A stretch of 64,000 bases of DNA from Octopus vulgaris (GCA_951406725.2 OX597838.1:44144001-44208000); one strand, 5' to 3'; counted from the first letter of the stretch, positions 1 through 12,391 are shown. Notes: generated by a model not told the origin, from the sequence alone. Program-made: numbers and translations.

Positions 1-36
1 GAATTTTTATTTTAAATACCTACTATTTTATAACTA

Positions 37-312
37 CGGACTCGCGGTCGTAGGATCGCGGTTTCGTTTCCCAGACCGGGCGATGTAAGTGTTTATTGAG
101 CGAAAACACCTAAAGCTCCACGAGGCTATGGCAGAGGGTGGTGGCGGTCCCTGCTGTACTCTTTCGCCACAACTTCCTCTCACTATTTCTTCTGTTGGCC
201 TGCTCGCTTAGCCAGCGAGGTGGCGTCATTTGAAGGATAAAACAATGCGAAGTGCATTGTGACCAGCGATGTGTAGCAACGTCTGATAGCCTGGTCGGTC
301 ACGGTGATCACG

Positions 313-317
<5 letters not shown>
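37..317 (+). mobile_element. tRNA-derived SINE, family B head with distinct 3' tail
   Basis: GGACTCGCGGTCGTAGGATCGCGGTTTCG..CAGACCGGGCGATG..GAGCGAAAACACCTAAAGCTCCACG head shared with copies at 27345, 58301 and 60475; tail ends in CACGGTGAT x2. Confidence 0.8.
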
Positions 318-377
<60 letters not shown>

Positions 378-612
378 TAGCAAGATATAAGTTAGAGGTA
401 TACAACCATTTAAGGAATAGATGTATCCATAGGCACTCCTGACGTATTACCTCGCCATGTATAGGCTAGCCATAAGGTATAAGGTAGTGGGTAATCTAAA
501 GGTAAAAGCGCGGTTTAATATTTATAGTAAAGAAAGGAAATGGAGCAATAATTAACAATGAGAAGTTGATCATTGGTGTTAAAAAGTCCTTATTTAATTG
601 TAGTTCGGAATT

Positions 613-689
613 ATTTACAGTTGTTTCTGTTTATCAAATCGGAGTAAATTTACTTTTACCTCGTTACATTTAACACATATCTTCAGAAT
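613..689 (-). ncRNA. Degenerate type-I hammerhead ribozyme-like motif in a Penelope-like repeat
   Basis: Minus strand ATT-CTGAAGA-TATGTGTTAAAT...ATTTGATAAACA-GAAAC-AACT-GTA-AAT; stems I-III are recognisable with mismatches. Confidence 0.45.
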
Positions 690-1283
690 GGTTTTAGAGG
701 AAAAAGAAAGGCAAAGAAAAAGAAAGGCAAAGAAAAAGAAGAAAAAGAAAAAGAAGAAAAAGTTCGTTAAGTCTTAGGGTTACATTTTAGTGACTTATTT
801 GGTTCCACGTATTCGTAGTTTCCTTCATTAGATGCATGGGGCAGTCAGTAGGGATAATGACTGCAAATGAATCCGAACAACAATTAACCTATGATCTATT
901 AATACCAATGATCCACTTCTCCATTTCCTTTCTTTACCATATCTGTGTTTGTGTGTACGTGTGTGTGTATACAGCCTTCGACAGAGTAACAGTCATGTAT
1001 ACAACTTGAACAGACACACATATCAGTACACAAGCATAGGTTCACATGTACATGCACACATACACACATACAGACACGTCTACATACTTACATACGTAAT
1101 TACTCACATACATACATAATACATACATACATACATACATACATACATACATACATACATACATACATACATACATACATACATACATACATACATAAGT
1201 ACATACATACATACATACAAACATACATTATACATACATAAATACGTACATATATATCATGAACTAACAGTTAATTTCTCAGA

Positions 1284-1483
1284 TGCAGCACGGAAATTTG
1301 TCAGTGAACAGGTCGCGGTCTTAAAGCGCAAAAATATTTTGGAAAATTAAATTTAAATGTTGAAGTGAATCTAACGGTTTTTGTGTGTTTTAAAATGGGT
1401 TATAAGTACCTTCCACGATGCAATTGTTTTTGTTTCAGCACACGATCTCATATCAGGTCACATGCTATGCAAGTAATTCTCCG

Positions 1484-1485
<2 letters not shown>
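1284..1485 (+). mobile_element. Penelope-like terminal repeat, family P2
   Basis: Same sequence recurs at 5656-5990 (as inverted arms) and 30605-31141; ends ATCTCCGT(A/G)A before (TA)n. Confidence 0.6.
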
Positions 1486-1525
<40 letters not shown>

Positions 1526-1655
1526 ACACCCCCCCCACACACACACGCTCTTTCTTACCATAAGTAATGCAGCATCTTACACTAGCAGACAGACAGTAAA
1601 ATTCTCATACTCTGCAACATCAAAACTCTCATCTATCTATCTATCTATCTAAAAC

Positions 1656-1731
<76 letters not shown>

Positions 1732-2040
1732 ATTATTATTATTATTACTATCCCATAATTTTACATATGACATATGAAAAATTTATAATCTATGTATGCA
1801 TTTAAAAAACATTCACTCGTGTTCAATCAATTGGCTCTCCTTAATACAATTGTACTATGATTTTCATAGTCAGAATTGTGTGCAGTTAAAGAAACCAGCG
1901 AAATAGCTTGTTTACGAACAATCCTTAATAATAGCGGTTAAAACGTAGGGTGGTTGATAAGATATTTGAAATTTCTAGATTCATTGTTTCTGTGATGGAA
2001 ATCCATTTCCAGAAACGCGTCCCTAAATTTAAAATAAAAC

Positions 2041-2216
2041 ATTATTTACATTATCTACATTTGACGGATATTTGTCCTCATCTTGTTTGTTGTTAACACA
2101 ACGTTTCAGCTGATATTCCCTCCAGCCTTCATCAAACAAGATGAGAATAAATATCCACCAAATGTAAATAATGTAAATAATGTACACAATTCCTCATCTC
2201 TTAAATATAGAACTGT
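2041..2216. mobile_element. Inverted pair of Penelope-like terminal repeat, family P1
   Basis: 2041-2133 is the reverse complement of the P1 body at 3768-3870; 2134-2216 is the P1 3' end in forward orientation (..CCTCATCTCTTAAATATAGAACTGT). Confidence 0.7.
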
Positions 2217-2271
2217 TTAAAATACAAGTTAATTATCATTCCAGCCATACATCCATTCATTTATCCATATA

Positions 2272-2340
2272 CCCGTGGGTGTAGTGGTTAAGAGCGCAGA
2301 CCACAAACCCCAAGATTCCGAGTTGGATTCCAGGCTGTGA

Positions 2341-2345
<5 letters not shown>
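2272..2345 (+). mobile_element. tRNA-like Pol III head of the P1 composite element
   Basis: A-box-like GTGTAGTGG and B-box-like GAGTTGGATTCC followed by GTGACCTGA(ATA)n; better-preserved copy at 32899-32974 (TGGCGTAGTGG..GAGTTCGATTCC). Confidence 0.7.
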
Positions 2346-2434
<89 letters not shown>

Positions 2435-2436
2435 AA

Positions 2437-3475
2437 GAAGATTGCTACAATTGGCCTAGACACCTACCTGAAAAACTATGCGAACTGGATGTTAAAACTT
2501 GTGTCAAAACATGAAAACAAGAAAGCATCATACTCAGTCACGAAACAGGCAAAGGAATATCTAAGTGAATTCCGAATACAACCAATTTCGGAATTAGAGA
2601 TAGACATACAAGAAACAAGCACAGAAAAAGCTAGGCGCATGAAAACCCGTGCCAAAACTGCGGCCTTAGATATTCTGAATAATAAATGGCAAGAAAAACC
2701 TCTCTATGGCAAATACCCAAAGAGAGCGAATAATGCAGATATCGACAAAGCCCTGACCCATCAATGGCTAATGGCCTCTGGCTTAAAATCTGAAACAGAG
2801 GGGTTTATCATAGCAGCTCAAGATCAATGCCTACCAACAAGAAACTACCAGGCCAACATATTAAAGAACGGCAGTAGCCCAACATGTCGTGTATGCCGAC
2901 AACAAAATGAAACCATTGATCATGTTGTCTCCAAATGCAGTCTTCTAGCGCCTACAGAGTACATCAGTAGGCATGATAGAGCTGCACAATATATTCACTG
3001 GGTAATTTGCAAAAACCTGGATTTGCCCCATGAAAAAAACTGGTGGGAACACAATCCACCTCCTGTGCTTGAAAATTACCACATCTCACTCCTCTGGAAC
3101 GTCACCATTCAAACTGACAGGAAGATAGATGCAAATAGGCCAGACATTATATTGAAAGACTTCAGACAAAGAACATGCCTCCTCCTTGATATGACTGTCC
3201 CAATCGATATAAACGTATCTGTCAAGACCTACCAAAAACTGAGCAAATATAAAGATCTTGAAATAGAAATCAGCAAAATGTGGAAGCTGAAGACTAAAAC
3301 AATACCTGTTGTCATAGGTGCTCTGGGAATGATAGCGAAAGGGACTGATTGCTACCTAACTCAGATACCAGGAAACCCCAAAATGGCAGAAATTCAAAAG
3401 ATAGTGTTCATGGGAACTGCTCATATCCTACGCAAAATACTCTCTATGTAATCCCAAGGTTTAAAACAAACATTT

Positions 3476-3520
<45 letters not shown>

Positions 3521-3662
3521 TGTATTAGACATTCACTAGTACAATACCAAAAAAAAAAAAAACCCAAATATATGGCACAGAACTTCCAACCTGTTGTCTC
3601 TTGAGGTCTCTGGGTGAGACTTGGAGCCAACTTGTACAGACATAAAGCAAAAGTCAAACATA

Positions 3663-3663
<1 letters not shown>
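2437..3663 (+). mobile_element. 5'-truncated R4/Dong-clade RLE non-LTR retrotransposon
   Basis: CCHC knuckle CRVCRQQNETIDHVVSKC, RHD motif, PD-(D/E)xK nuclease RPDIIL..LLDMTVP..KLSKYKDL; flanked by (TAA)n on both sides, the known Dong target. Confidence 0.92.
2489..3451 (+). pseudogene. Uninterrupted C-terminal 320 aa of the Dong/R4 ORF (zinc knuckle plus RLE, no RT)
   Basis: ORF track 2489..3451; no stops; RT domain absent because of 5' truncation. Confidence 0.85.
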
Positions 3664-3713
<50 letters not shown>

Positions 3714-3715
<2 letters not shown>

Positions 3716-3905
3716 TCGTAAAATACCCTAGGAATGAGAACCTAGGTTCGAAATTTCCCCAAGGCACCTGATGAAGGCTGGAGGGTATATCAGCCAAAAT
3801 GTTGTCTTAACAGCAAACAGCAAACAAGGTGAGGATAAATATCCGTCAAATGTAAATAATGTAAATAATGTACTTAATTCCTCATCTCTTAAATATAGAA
3901 CTGTA
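3714..3905 (+). mobile_element. P1 element 3' body with hammerhead motif
   Basis: GGCAC-CTGATGA-A-GGCTG..CAGCC-AAAAT-GTT-GTCTT at 3763-3808; consensus with the 2041 and 32698 copies restores GAAAC; ends GAACTGTA. Confidence 0.7.
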
Positions 3906-3950
3906 ATATACATACCTATGCACATATTTATGTGTGTGTGTGTGTGTGTG

Positions 3951-4150
3951 TGTGTTTGTCCCTCCGACATCGCTTGACAACCGCTGCTGGTGTGTGTATG
4001 TCTCTGTAACTTAGCGGTTCAGAACAAGAGAACGATCGAATAAATACTAGGTTTACAAAGAATAATTTCTGGGGTCGATTCCTTCAGCCTAAACCCTTTA
4101 AGGTGATGCTTCTTCATGGCTGCAGTCAAGTGACTAAAGCAAGTAAAAGA
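3951..4150 (+). mobile_element. SINE family A, 3' half
   Basis: CATCGCTTGACAACCG..GTAACTTAGCGGTTC..GGGGTCGATT..CAAGTAAAAGA matches the 3' half of full copies at 9224 and 40835. Confidence 0.8.
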
Positions 4151-4515
4151 ATATATAACTCTATAATATTCCTATAATATAGGATGTCAGAAAATTTCCA
4201 ATGAGAGCTCGTGCCTGTTCGAACCTCAAAGAAGACAGGAATTCTGCTGGTGTAGAAAATGCAGGTATCACGAAGTCAAGTCCAATGTGTTGGTCTGGCA
4301 AAGATTTAAATATGATCCAAATATAAGAAGACAAAGAAGGAGTATAGCTCATCTTTGATAACCAGTTACAACTTTTTTGGCACCGCTCTGTTTTTAACGC
4401 TATCGCACAGAAAAGTGCCGCGTGAGCAGTAATATTTGGGATTTAATACGTTGGGGTTGGCACATCACCAGTCTTGCGTCGAAAGGTGCGGTCTTACGTT
4501 TTGGAACTGTTACTT

Positions 4516-4561
<46 letters not shown>

Positions 4562-4804
4562 ACACACATGCCTTAAAAGACCAGAAGGTATGAGAGGTGA
4601 ATATATTTATATAACCTCTTGGCATCATTATTATTACAGCCGTTTCGCAGCTTTCAACATGCAGTGAAAAGTTTTAGTGTATAACACAGTATTTTAGGTA
4701 TATACACCGGTGTGCATAGTCAGAAAATACATATATACAATCCCATATATCTGTCTGAAAGTATACATTTAATATACAATGTACAAATGTACACACACAC
4801 ACAC

Positions 4805-4846
<42 letters not shown>

Positions 4847-5394
4847 GCATGTATATGTGTGTCTGCTTCATTTGTGTGTACGTATAAATATATTTTTCAT
4901 ACGTAGATCTATAGGACTTACTCACAACTTCACATATAATATTTTCTTTGTACATACAACATAATATCTATCGAAATTTGATAGAAGTGGATATGTAAAT
5001 ACTTCCAGTAATCAATATTCTAATAACAACTGTTATTCAACAAATTCTGAAAGGGTAAATGTTGTAGCGAACACAAAGTAAAGCATGTAAAACAGATGTA
5101 AACCGCTAAAGCAGCTGAAAATACAAGACAAGGATGTTTGTTGACAAAAGAGATCCTGAGTTTCTATTAAAATTGAAATTGATGTACAACCCATGCTAGC
5201 ATGGAAAACGGACGCTAAACGATGATGATGATGATGATGATGATGATGTACAATGATAGGTATTTTAAAAATCGTTCACTCACAGAGTCAGTAACTTCAT
5301 GCAAACATGGATGTCTTATATACGTATGTATACATAGAAACATACATACATGTGCGTGTATATATATGCACATACATGCAAACATACATACATG

Positions 5395-5438
<44 letters not shown>

Positions 5439-5501
5439 TATACATATATACATATATGCATACACATATATATATGTATACGTGTGTATGTATATATACA
5501 C

Positions 5502-5556
<55 letters not shown>

Positions 5557-5571
5557 ATATTGAAGTGAATC

Positions 5572-5603
<32 letters not shown>

Positions 5604-5655
5604 TACACACAAATGCACACACACATATATATACATACATATACATATATATTAG

Positions 5656-5990
5656 ACAATTACAGCGTGGAAGGCATTCATAAGTCATTTAAGAAACACA
5701 CAAAACCGTTAGATTCACTTCAAAATATAAATTTAATTTGCCAAAATAGTTTCGTCGCTTTGAGACCGCGACCTCTTCACTGACAAAATTCGTGCTGCAT
5801 TTGTCAGTGAACAGGTTGCAGTCTCAAAGTGACGAAAATATTTTGGCAAATTAAATTTATATTTTGAAGTGAATCTAACGGTTTTGTGCTTCTCTTAAAT
5901 GACTTATAAACACCGTCCACGCTGCAATTGTTTTTGTTCCAGCGCACGATCTCAGATCAGGCCACTTGCTATGCAAGTTTATCTCCGTGA
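5656..5990. mobile_element. P2 Penelope-like repeat as inverted arms (5656-5787 and 5800-5931)
   Basis: About 130-bp arms are reverse complements across a ~12-nt spacer; contains the GTGAAGA-G-GTCGC..GCGAC-GAAAC hammerhead-like motif. Confidence 0.75.
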
Positions 5991-5998
5991 TATATATA

Positions 5999-7037
5999 TT
6001 AGGTTGTCCGGAAAGTTCTGAGCGTTTTTTGATATGCAAACAGGGGTATAATTGATCTTTCAATAAATGTTATTCAATGAAATAATTTCCATTATTATCA
6101 ATGAACTTTGCACATATATCAGGCAACTTAAATATTTTATCAGCATAAGATTTGACTGGTTTTGAAGAAAAAAGTTATCTAGGTGCATTGTGACTCCATG
6201 TAAATCGTTAAATGTTTTTCCTTGCAATAAGTTCTCTAGACAAAAACAAGTTGCAGTCGGATGGTGCAATACCCGGAGAATATGGTGGATGGGGTAAGCG
6301 ATGCAAACCAAGTTCGTGTATCTTTGTTCGCTTAGCCAAAGACGCAAACAGCTGCATCTTTTTCGCACCACGTTTTCGTATACCATCCATTTTCCTCTAC
6401 AGTCGCAAGTTGTTTCAAAGCAGGTATGCCTTCTTTCCGTTTCAAAAGCATATCACAAACGGAATACCGGTCCAAGCAGTTTCTTTCAGAGAGTTTGTGA
6501 GGGACACATACATTATAGTGAGTATTGTATCTTAGCTTCACTAGATGTTCGTGAGCCGTAGTTTTAGAAACTTCCAACTCTTCTGCCAGTTCTGCAGTCG
6601 TGATATTTGAGCTTTCTTAGAATGTTGCCTTCAAATCACCTTCATTCAATTTTAAGGGTCTTCTAATGTAACTATCATCTTCAAAGCTAAACTCTCCAGC
6701 TTTAAATTTTGCAAGCTACCTTTGAACAATTGATTCACCTACAGCATATTTATCATAAATTTCACAAGTGTTTTGCAAGTCTTTGCAGGATTTTCTCCTT
6801 TTTTCAAAAACAGAAAAGCATTACAACACGAATATGAAACTGTTAGTTATCCATTTCAAATGTCAATAAAGAGTTACGGGAATGAAAGATATATCTATTT
6901 TTAATGAAGAACGAAGAAGAGATGCACTACCACTTCAAGTAACACCAAAGTTTTAACTGTGTTGTGTTTCAGGTGTGTCCAATGCAGCATTAAAAATATT
7001 TAACTTAAAAACTCTCAGAACTTGCCGGACAACCTAA
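5999..7037 (-). mobile_element. Mariner (Tc1/mariner) DNA transposon with decayed transposase
   Basis: TIRs TTAGGTTGTCCGGAAAGTTCTGAG / CTCAGAACTTGCCGGACAACCTAA with TA flanks; CVPHKL (WVPHxL) and HPPYSPGIAPSD motifs; ATG near 6854; stops and frameshifts. Confidence 0.93.
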
Positions 7038-7047
7038 TATATATATA

Positions 7048-7252
7048 GTTAATCGAAACATGAAAACACAAAGAGAAAACACAACAACGCGAGGACGTGC
7101 AACAAGTATAGTGTTATTGGACGCTCAGGAAAGCAGGAAAGAAGGAGGATTTAACGTTTCGAGCTGAGCTCTTCGTCAGAAACATAGGAAAAAGAAAGAT
7201 CCAAAGACGGAGGAGAAAAACCGCCAACGGTACACACGCAGTCACATTTTGA
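7048..7252 (-). mobile_element. Penelope-like terminal repeat family P3 with minimal hammerhead (7148-7184)
   Basis: Minus strand GTTT-CTGACGA-A-GAGC-TCA-GCTC-GAAAC-GTT-AAAT. Confidence 0.65.
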
Positions 7253-7996
7253 ATAAATATATATATATATGCATGTATGTATGTATATATTAGAGACAGA
7301 CATTGTCTGTATAGAATACACATCGTAGTACTCAAGATATTTAAACTTAAGCAGGGAGAGGAGTAAATGTAAGGAGAAGCAAAGTCGATATGCAAAAAGT
7401 ATTAAGTAATACAAAGAAATGTACAGATGTTTACATGTAAAAAGGTCCGATTTACACAGAATGGAAATGATATGATGAGTTAAAGGGGTCGAACAAGAGA
7501 TTTACGAGTCCAACAGCTGTTTCTTAGGGTTTGGTGGTTCAAAATAATGATTGTAAATTGATTCCATCATCGGATAATACCAATCTGCGTCTTCTGGGAA
7601 GAATTTAACATTTGAGGTGTTGACAGAATGGAGTTTAAATATGGAATAATTTTGTGGAGAACTAAGTGTATTAGAAAGAGGAGTTGCTGGGGGGGGGGGG
7701 GGTATTTAGAGAGAGAGAGAGAGAGTAGTGGAAGGAGAAAACGAATTTCAGGGTTAGGGTTTATAATGAGGCTAGTCATAATAATAGAGGCAGAAAGTGG
7801 GAGGAAGAAGGAAGAGAGTTGTTTAGACAGTGAATGGGGACCTTTTTGTTAATTTGTATGAAGGCGATTTAAGGTTTGGTTGGAAATGGGGATGGCTATT
7901 ATATGTGTGTGTGTGTGTGTAAGTGTGTGTGTATGTGTGTGTGTATGTGTGTGTGTGTATGTATTTGTATTACTATTTGCATATATATTTTTTATA

Positions 7997-8408
7997 TTTT
8001 ACTTGTTTCAGTCATTAGGATACGGCCATGCTGGAGTACAGCCTTGAAGACTTTTAGTTGAACGCATCGACACCAGGTCTTACTTTCTTAAGCCTGGTAC
8101 GTATTCTATCGATTTATTTGTCGTACCGTTAAGTTACGGCGACGTAAACACAACACCAGTTGTCAAGCGCTGTGGGCGACAGAGACACAATGACATAGAC
8201 ACACGCATATAAGTATGCGTGTGTATGTGATTGTGTGTATACACATATATACGAAAGGATTATTTCAGGTTTTGCCTACCAAATCCACTTACAAAAATTT
8301 GTCGGTCCAGTGCTATAGTAGAAGACACTTGTCGGAGGTGTTATGCTGTGGGACTGAACTCGGAACAATTTGATTTTGAAGCAAACTTTTGACCACATAC
8401 CCACGCCT
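7997..8408 (-). mobile_element. SINE family A, diverged copy
   Basis: Reverse complement of the family A consensus. Confidence 0.8.
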
Positions 8409-8430
8409 ATACATACATGTAAGTTCCTTA

Positions 8431-8638
8431 GCTCATAAGGGCCGGTTTCCCCGGTTTCCTTGGCGTATATATTCCCCACCTGGTGAGCTGCAAGATGCAG
8501 GGGGAAAGAGTGAGAGAAAGTTGTGGCAAAAGAGTCAGCAGAAGTTCGCCATTACTTTCTGCAGGAGCCGCGAGGAGCTTAGGTGTTTCGCTCATAAACA
8601 CTCACATCACCCGGTCTGAGATTCGAACCCACGATCCT
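8431..8638 (-). mobile_element. SINE family B
   Basis: Reverse complement of the family B body (GGGCCGGTTTCCCCGGTTTCCTTGGCG..GAGATTCGAACCC). Confidence 0.85.
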
Positions 8639-8777
8639 TGGACACACACGAAAATTTATGTAAATATTTTTATACAATGTTTTCCCCACATGCATTTCGT
8701 CACTGTCATTGTTTGGAAATCAGCTTTTGCTGTTCCAAGTTACAGTCGGGTTTTTAAACATAATTACATAATTACTT

Positions 8778-9056
8778 GATACAACAGTAGCAAACAGAGC
8801 GTCGACTGCGGGGTGATTCCGAAAAGCTCTATCTGCGACGATTTCATCTCAATCGAAGGAGAGGGGCTTTCTCCGTCCGGGTTGCGGATCCGTGGAATAA
8901 GCTGCCGGACGAGATGGTGAAGATGCCGACGACCGCTCGGTTCAAAGTCTCCCTTGACCACAAGTGGCCTGAAGTCTTTACATGAACACCACCCTGTACA
9001 TAACTCCATGTCCCCCTACATGGCCTTGCTTTTTGCTTTTTGAGCCAAAAATTAAG

Positions 9057-9120
<64 letters not shown>

Positions 9121-9121
9121 A
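8778..9121 (+). mobile_element. CR1-like LINE 3' fragment with (TAAC)n tail
   Basis: Translates RLRGDSEKLYLRRFHLNRRRGAFSVRVADPWNKLPDEMV..FKVSLDHKW, a typical CR1 ORF2 C-terminus; stop near 8985; tail 9057-9120. Confidence 0.8.
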
Positions 9122-9223
9122 AACGCCCTGTACCGGAAGCAGACTGCCTGATGTTAGTCCTAAACTCAATTGTAGAATTCGTACATGTATCTATGCATAC
9201 AGAATTACTATAAGCATTTATAT

Positions 9224-9590
9224 AGGCGCAGGAGTGGCTGTGTGGTAAGTTGCTTGCTTACCAACAACATAGTTGCGTGGCACCTTGGGTAAGTGTCTTC
9301 TACTATAGCCTTCGGAGTGGATTTGGTAGACGGAAACTGAAAGAAGCACGTCGTATATATGTATGTGTGTGTGTATGTGTTTGTGTGTCTGTTTTGTTCC
9401 CTCCCCCCAACATCGCTTGACAACCGATGCTGGTGTGTTTATGTCCCCATAACTTAGCGGTTCGGCAAAAGACACCGATAGAATAAGTACTAGGCTTACA
9501 AAGAATAAGTCCTGGTGTCGATTTGCTCGACTAAAGGCGGTGCTCCAGCATGGCCACAGTCAAATGACTGAAACAAATAAAAGAGTAAAG
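9224..9590 (+). mobile_element. SINE family A (tRNA-derived, CORE-like central motif)
   Basis: GGCGCAGGAGTGGCTGTGTGGTAAG head, GTGGCACCTTGGG(T/C)AAGTGTCTT CORE-like motif, GTAAAAGA tail. Confidence 0.88.
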
Positions 9591-12391
9591 AGAGAGATAG
9601 AGAGAGAGAGAGAGAGAGTATTCAGATGTGCAGAATGCGTGCCGTTTAGAGTTCCAGCAAGTAAAGTATCGATTGTTGTCTTTTGTTTCGTCGAATGTTT
9701 ATGTTACTTTGAATATTTATGGAATTCATAATAACATAAAAATAGTTTTAGAATTTTTTTGTTCTTTTGAAGATAAATTGTAGTTCTTCCTCCTATTAAC
9801 CTCATACTTGTTATCAGATTTACATGAGGATTTTTCATTTGACTTACTAATAAACAAATTGAACGAATCATGTTATTAATTTCTTTGTGGCGGGAAAATA
9901 TGACAAAGATGGCGATGGGAGCTAATATTTTCGATCGCTCATATTTGTTAAATTAGACAGACAGTAAAATATGCATGAAACAGCGCGAAAATTAGAGGCA
10001 AAAACAATGAAACCTTATTTGTTCTATGTGCAATTGAGTCGAAATATCTACAGGACTGACAGAATCAGTTTTTCTCTTTCTTCAGTTTCTTTTAGACATT
10101 CAAAATATTGTTAGATAAAATCTGCAGATTTGATGTTAAAATGCGGAATTTAATATTTACTTTTTATTCCCTTTCCGTTTCAAAAACTATAGTATTTGTA
10201 TCTTCCTTCCGGGGATCTTTTTCGTCTGTGTTTTTTCTTTAATTATATTTTCTGTTTTCAGCACATTTGTAATTGATACTGGTCATATATTCTCAAGGAA
10301 CATTGATTTCATTCTTTCGCTGGAAAATCGATTAAAAAATGTTAATACAAAACAAATAAGAAAACAGCCACAACAACAACAAAATTCTCCGATAATCAAG
10401 GAGGCGAGATAAAACGAGTGAGCGAACTCGGAATATGGATCCTGAAGAAGAAATATCAAAACATTTGATTTTAAACTCATAAAATTTGACAAGTTCAAAG
10501 ACGAAAATCAATGCAAGAAGTGTTTTTGTATCTTGGAATCATTCAGCTGCAAATCTTTCACTTAATTAGTCAGAGATTAATTTCTTGATAGGATGGACAT
10601 TATGTTAAATCACATCCCATTTCTATCATTTCAGGTATTTCGGGGGCTGTTGAAATCATTTTTAAAAAGCAGGTGTAGCATGTAATTTTTTTGTGCTTGA
10701 ACAAGCATTTGAAATGAACAATTTTAGGTGAAGAAATCTGATGTGGAATCTAAAATTTTAATTTTACTGAATATGTCGCTTAATAGTTTGTAATATCTTT
10801 TTTTCTTTTTGTTTTAGAATCTTTAGAACAATCGTATCGTTTTTAGATGATTGCTTCAGAACAGTACCAATTCCATTATTTTAGTAAACGGAAATAATTG
10901 TATATTAAATGCAACATCCTTGATTTTAGTGTTACGCGTGACTTATAACTAGTGCTTTCTCTCAAAGCTCTTCGTAATCCGAAACCCTTGGTTCGCACTT
11001 TGGTACGACGCATTCCTTCTGAATATATTAAAACGGTTACAAACTGCGCTGTTCTTTTCAGCTTTCTGACTGGATATAGCTTCGAGCTGTCGTATGGACC
11101 GTTGATATGCTTCGTTTAGTAAGTACTGAATCTCACCTGTGACTAATGTACATGAGATTTGTCACTAATCCTTTCTCAAAATGGTATCAGTCGCCTTAAA
11201 ATTCTTCATTGCGTCATTAAGAACGTCTCCTAACGACTGCTCATTTTCTTGAAGGATACAGTATATTTCAACAACCAACAATTATTGGTACTAAACAAAA
11301 CTCAGGTGATGTCTTCAACATAATATTGCCCTCCTATCTGTGACAGAACTGTGCTGCTAACATACATTATAGCCCGTGTCCAGAAAAGGGCTATATAACA
11401 AATTAGCATAAAAGTACTCACAGATACGCCCCAACTTGTGGCCGAGGATCGCACCGTCTCCGTTTTCTATCTTTCCTATTATTAATAGAGTGGTTTTGTA
11501 TCTTGGATTTGGCTGCAATGACCCCTACTCATTCATAGTTCCCTTGTTATCACCTCCTCTCTTGTTTCTATCACCTAGTTTGTGTCCAAACCCCGGACTC
11601 CAAACTATTCAGCCCACGTCTTGTCTTTCTTTCCTTAAAATCATCCCTCAGAAATCCCGTCCTGATCGTATCTGTTTCGCAGACATTGGCTTACAAATTT
11701 TGAGTATCTCAAGAAGATTATTATGCCAATAATAAAGTGATGTATTAGTGCTGTTCACTGGTTTGTTATTAGTTAATTGACTTACTATTTAATAACTTAA
11801 CTAATCGGTTGTTTGATTGGTCGTTCGTTTAATTCTTCAATCATATATTTGACAAAATTCTTTCGACGTCATCCGCAATACATAACCTATCTACTCCATA
11901 TCACTTACAAATAACTAATAATAAAGAAGTGGGATACAATCAGTGTTTTCATTATTGGCATAATGACCCTTCCAAGATGCAACAAAATATGTTTCAACAA
12001 ATACAAAAACCAAATCCAATATCGAAATAGCTTATAAAATTTCTGAGAATAATTAATGGCATCAATCTCAGCGGTTTAGGAAAGCCTGCAAAGACCATGG
12101 TCACAAATATTTCTGCAGAATCGGCAATGAAAACAATATAATTTCTTCAAGAAATTAAAGTGCCTAAATTTCATTTGAATATCAAATATATTAACCATAT
12201 GGATATCAAGGTGTCCAAGTCTAAAATGGAGAAAGAAATGTGTCCACCATCTTGCTGTTTCTCAACGGCATAAAATCAAGTATTTCGAGTCATTCATGGA
12301 GATAAAAATTTAGTAACATACACACTCACACAAACACACATACACACATGAATACATACACACAATCACACACATATATATGTACGTATAA

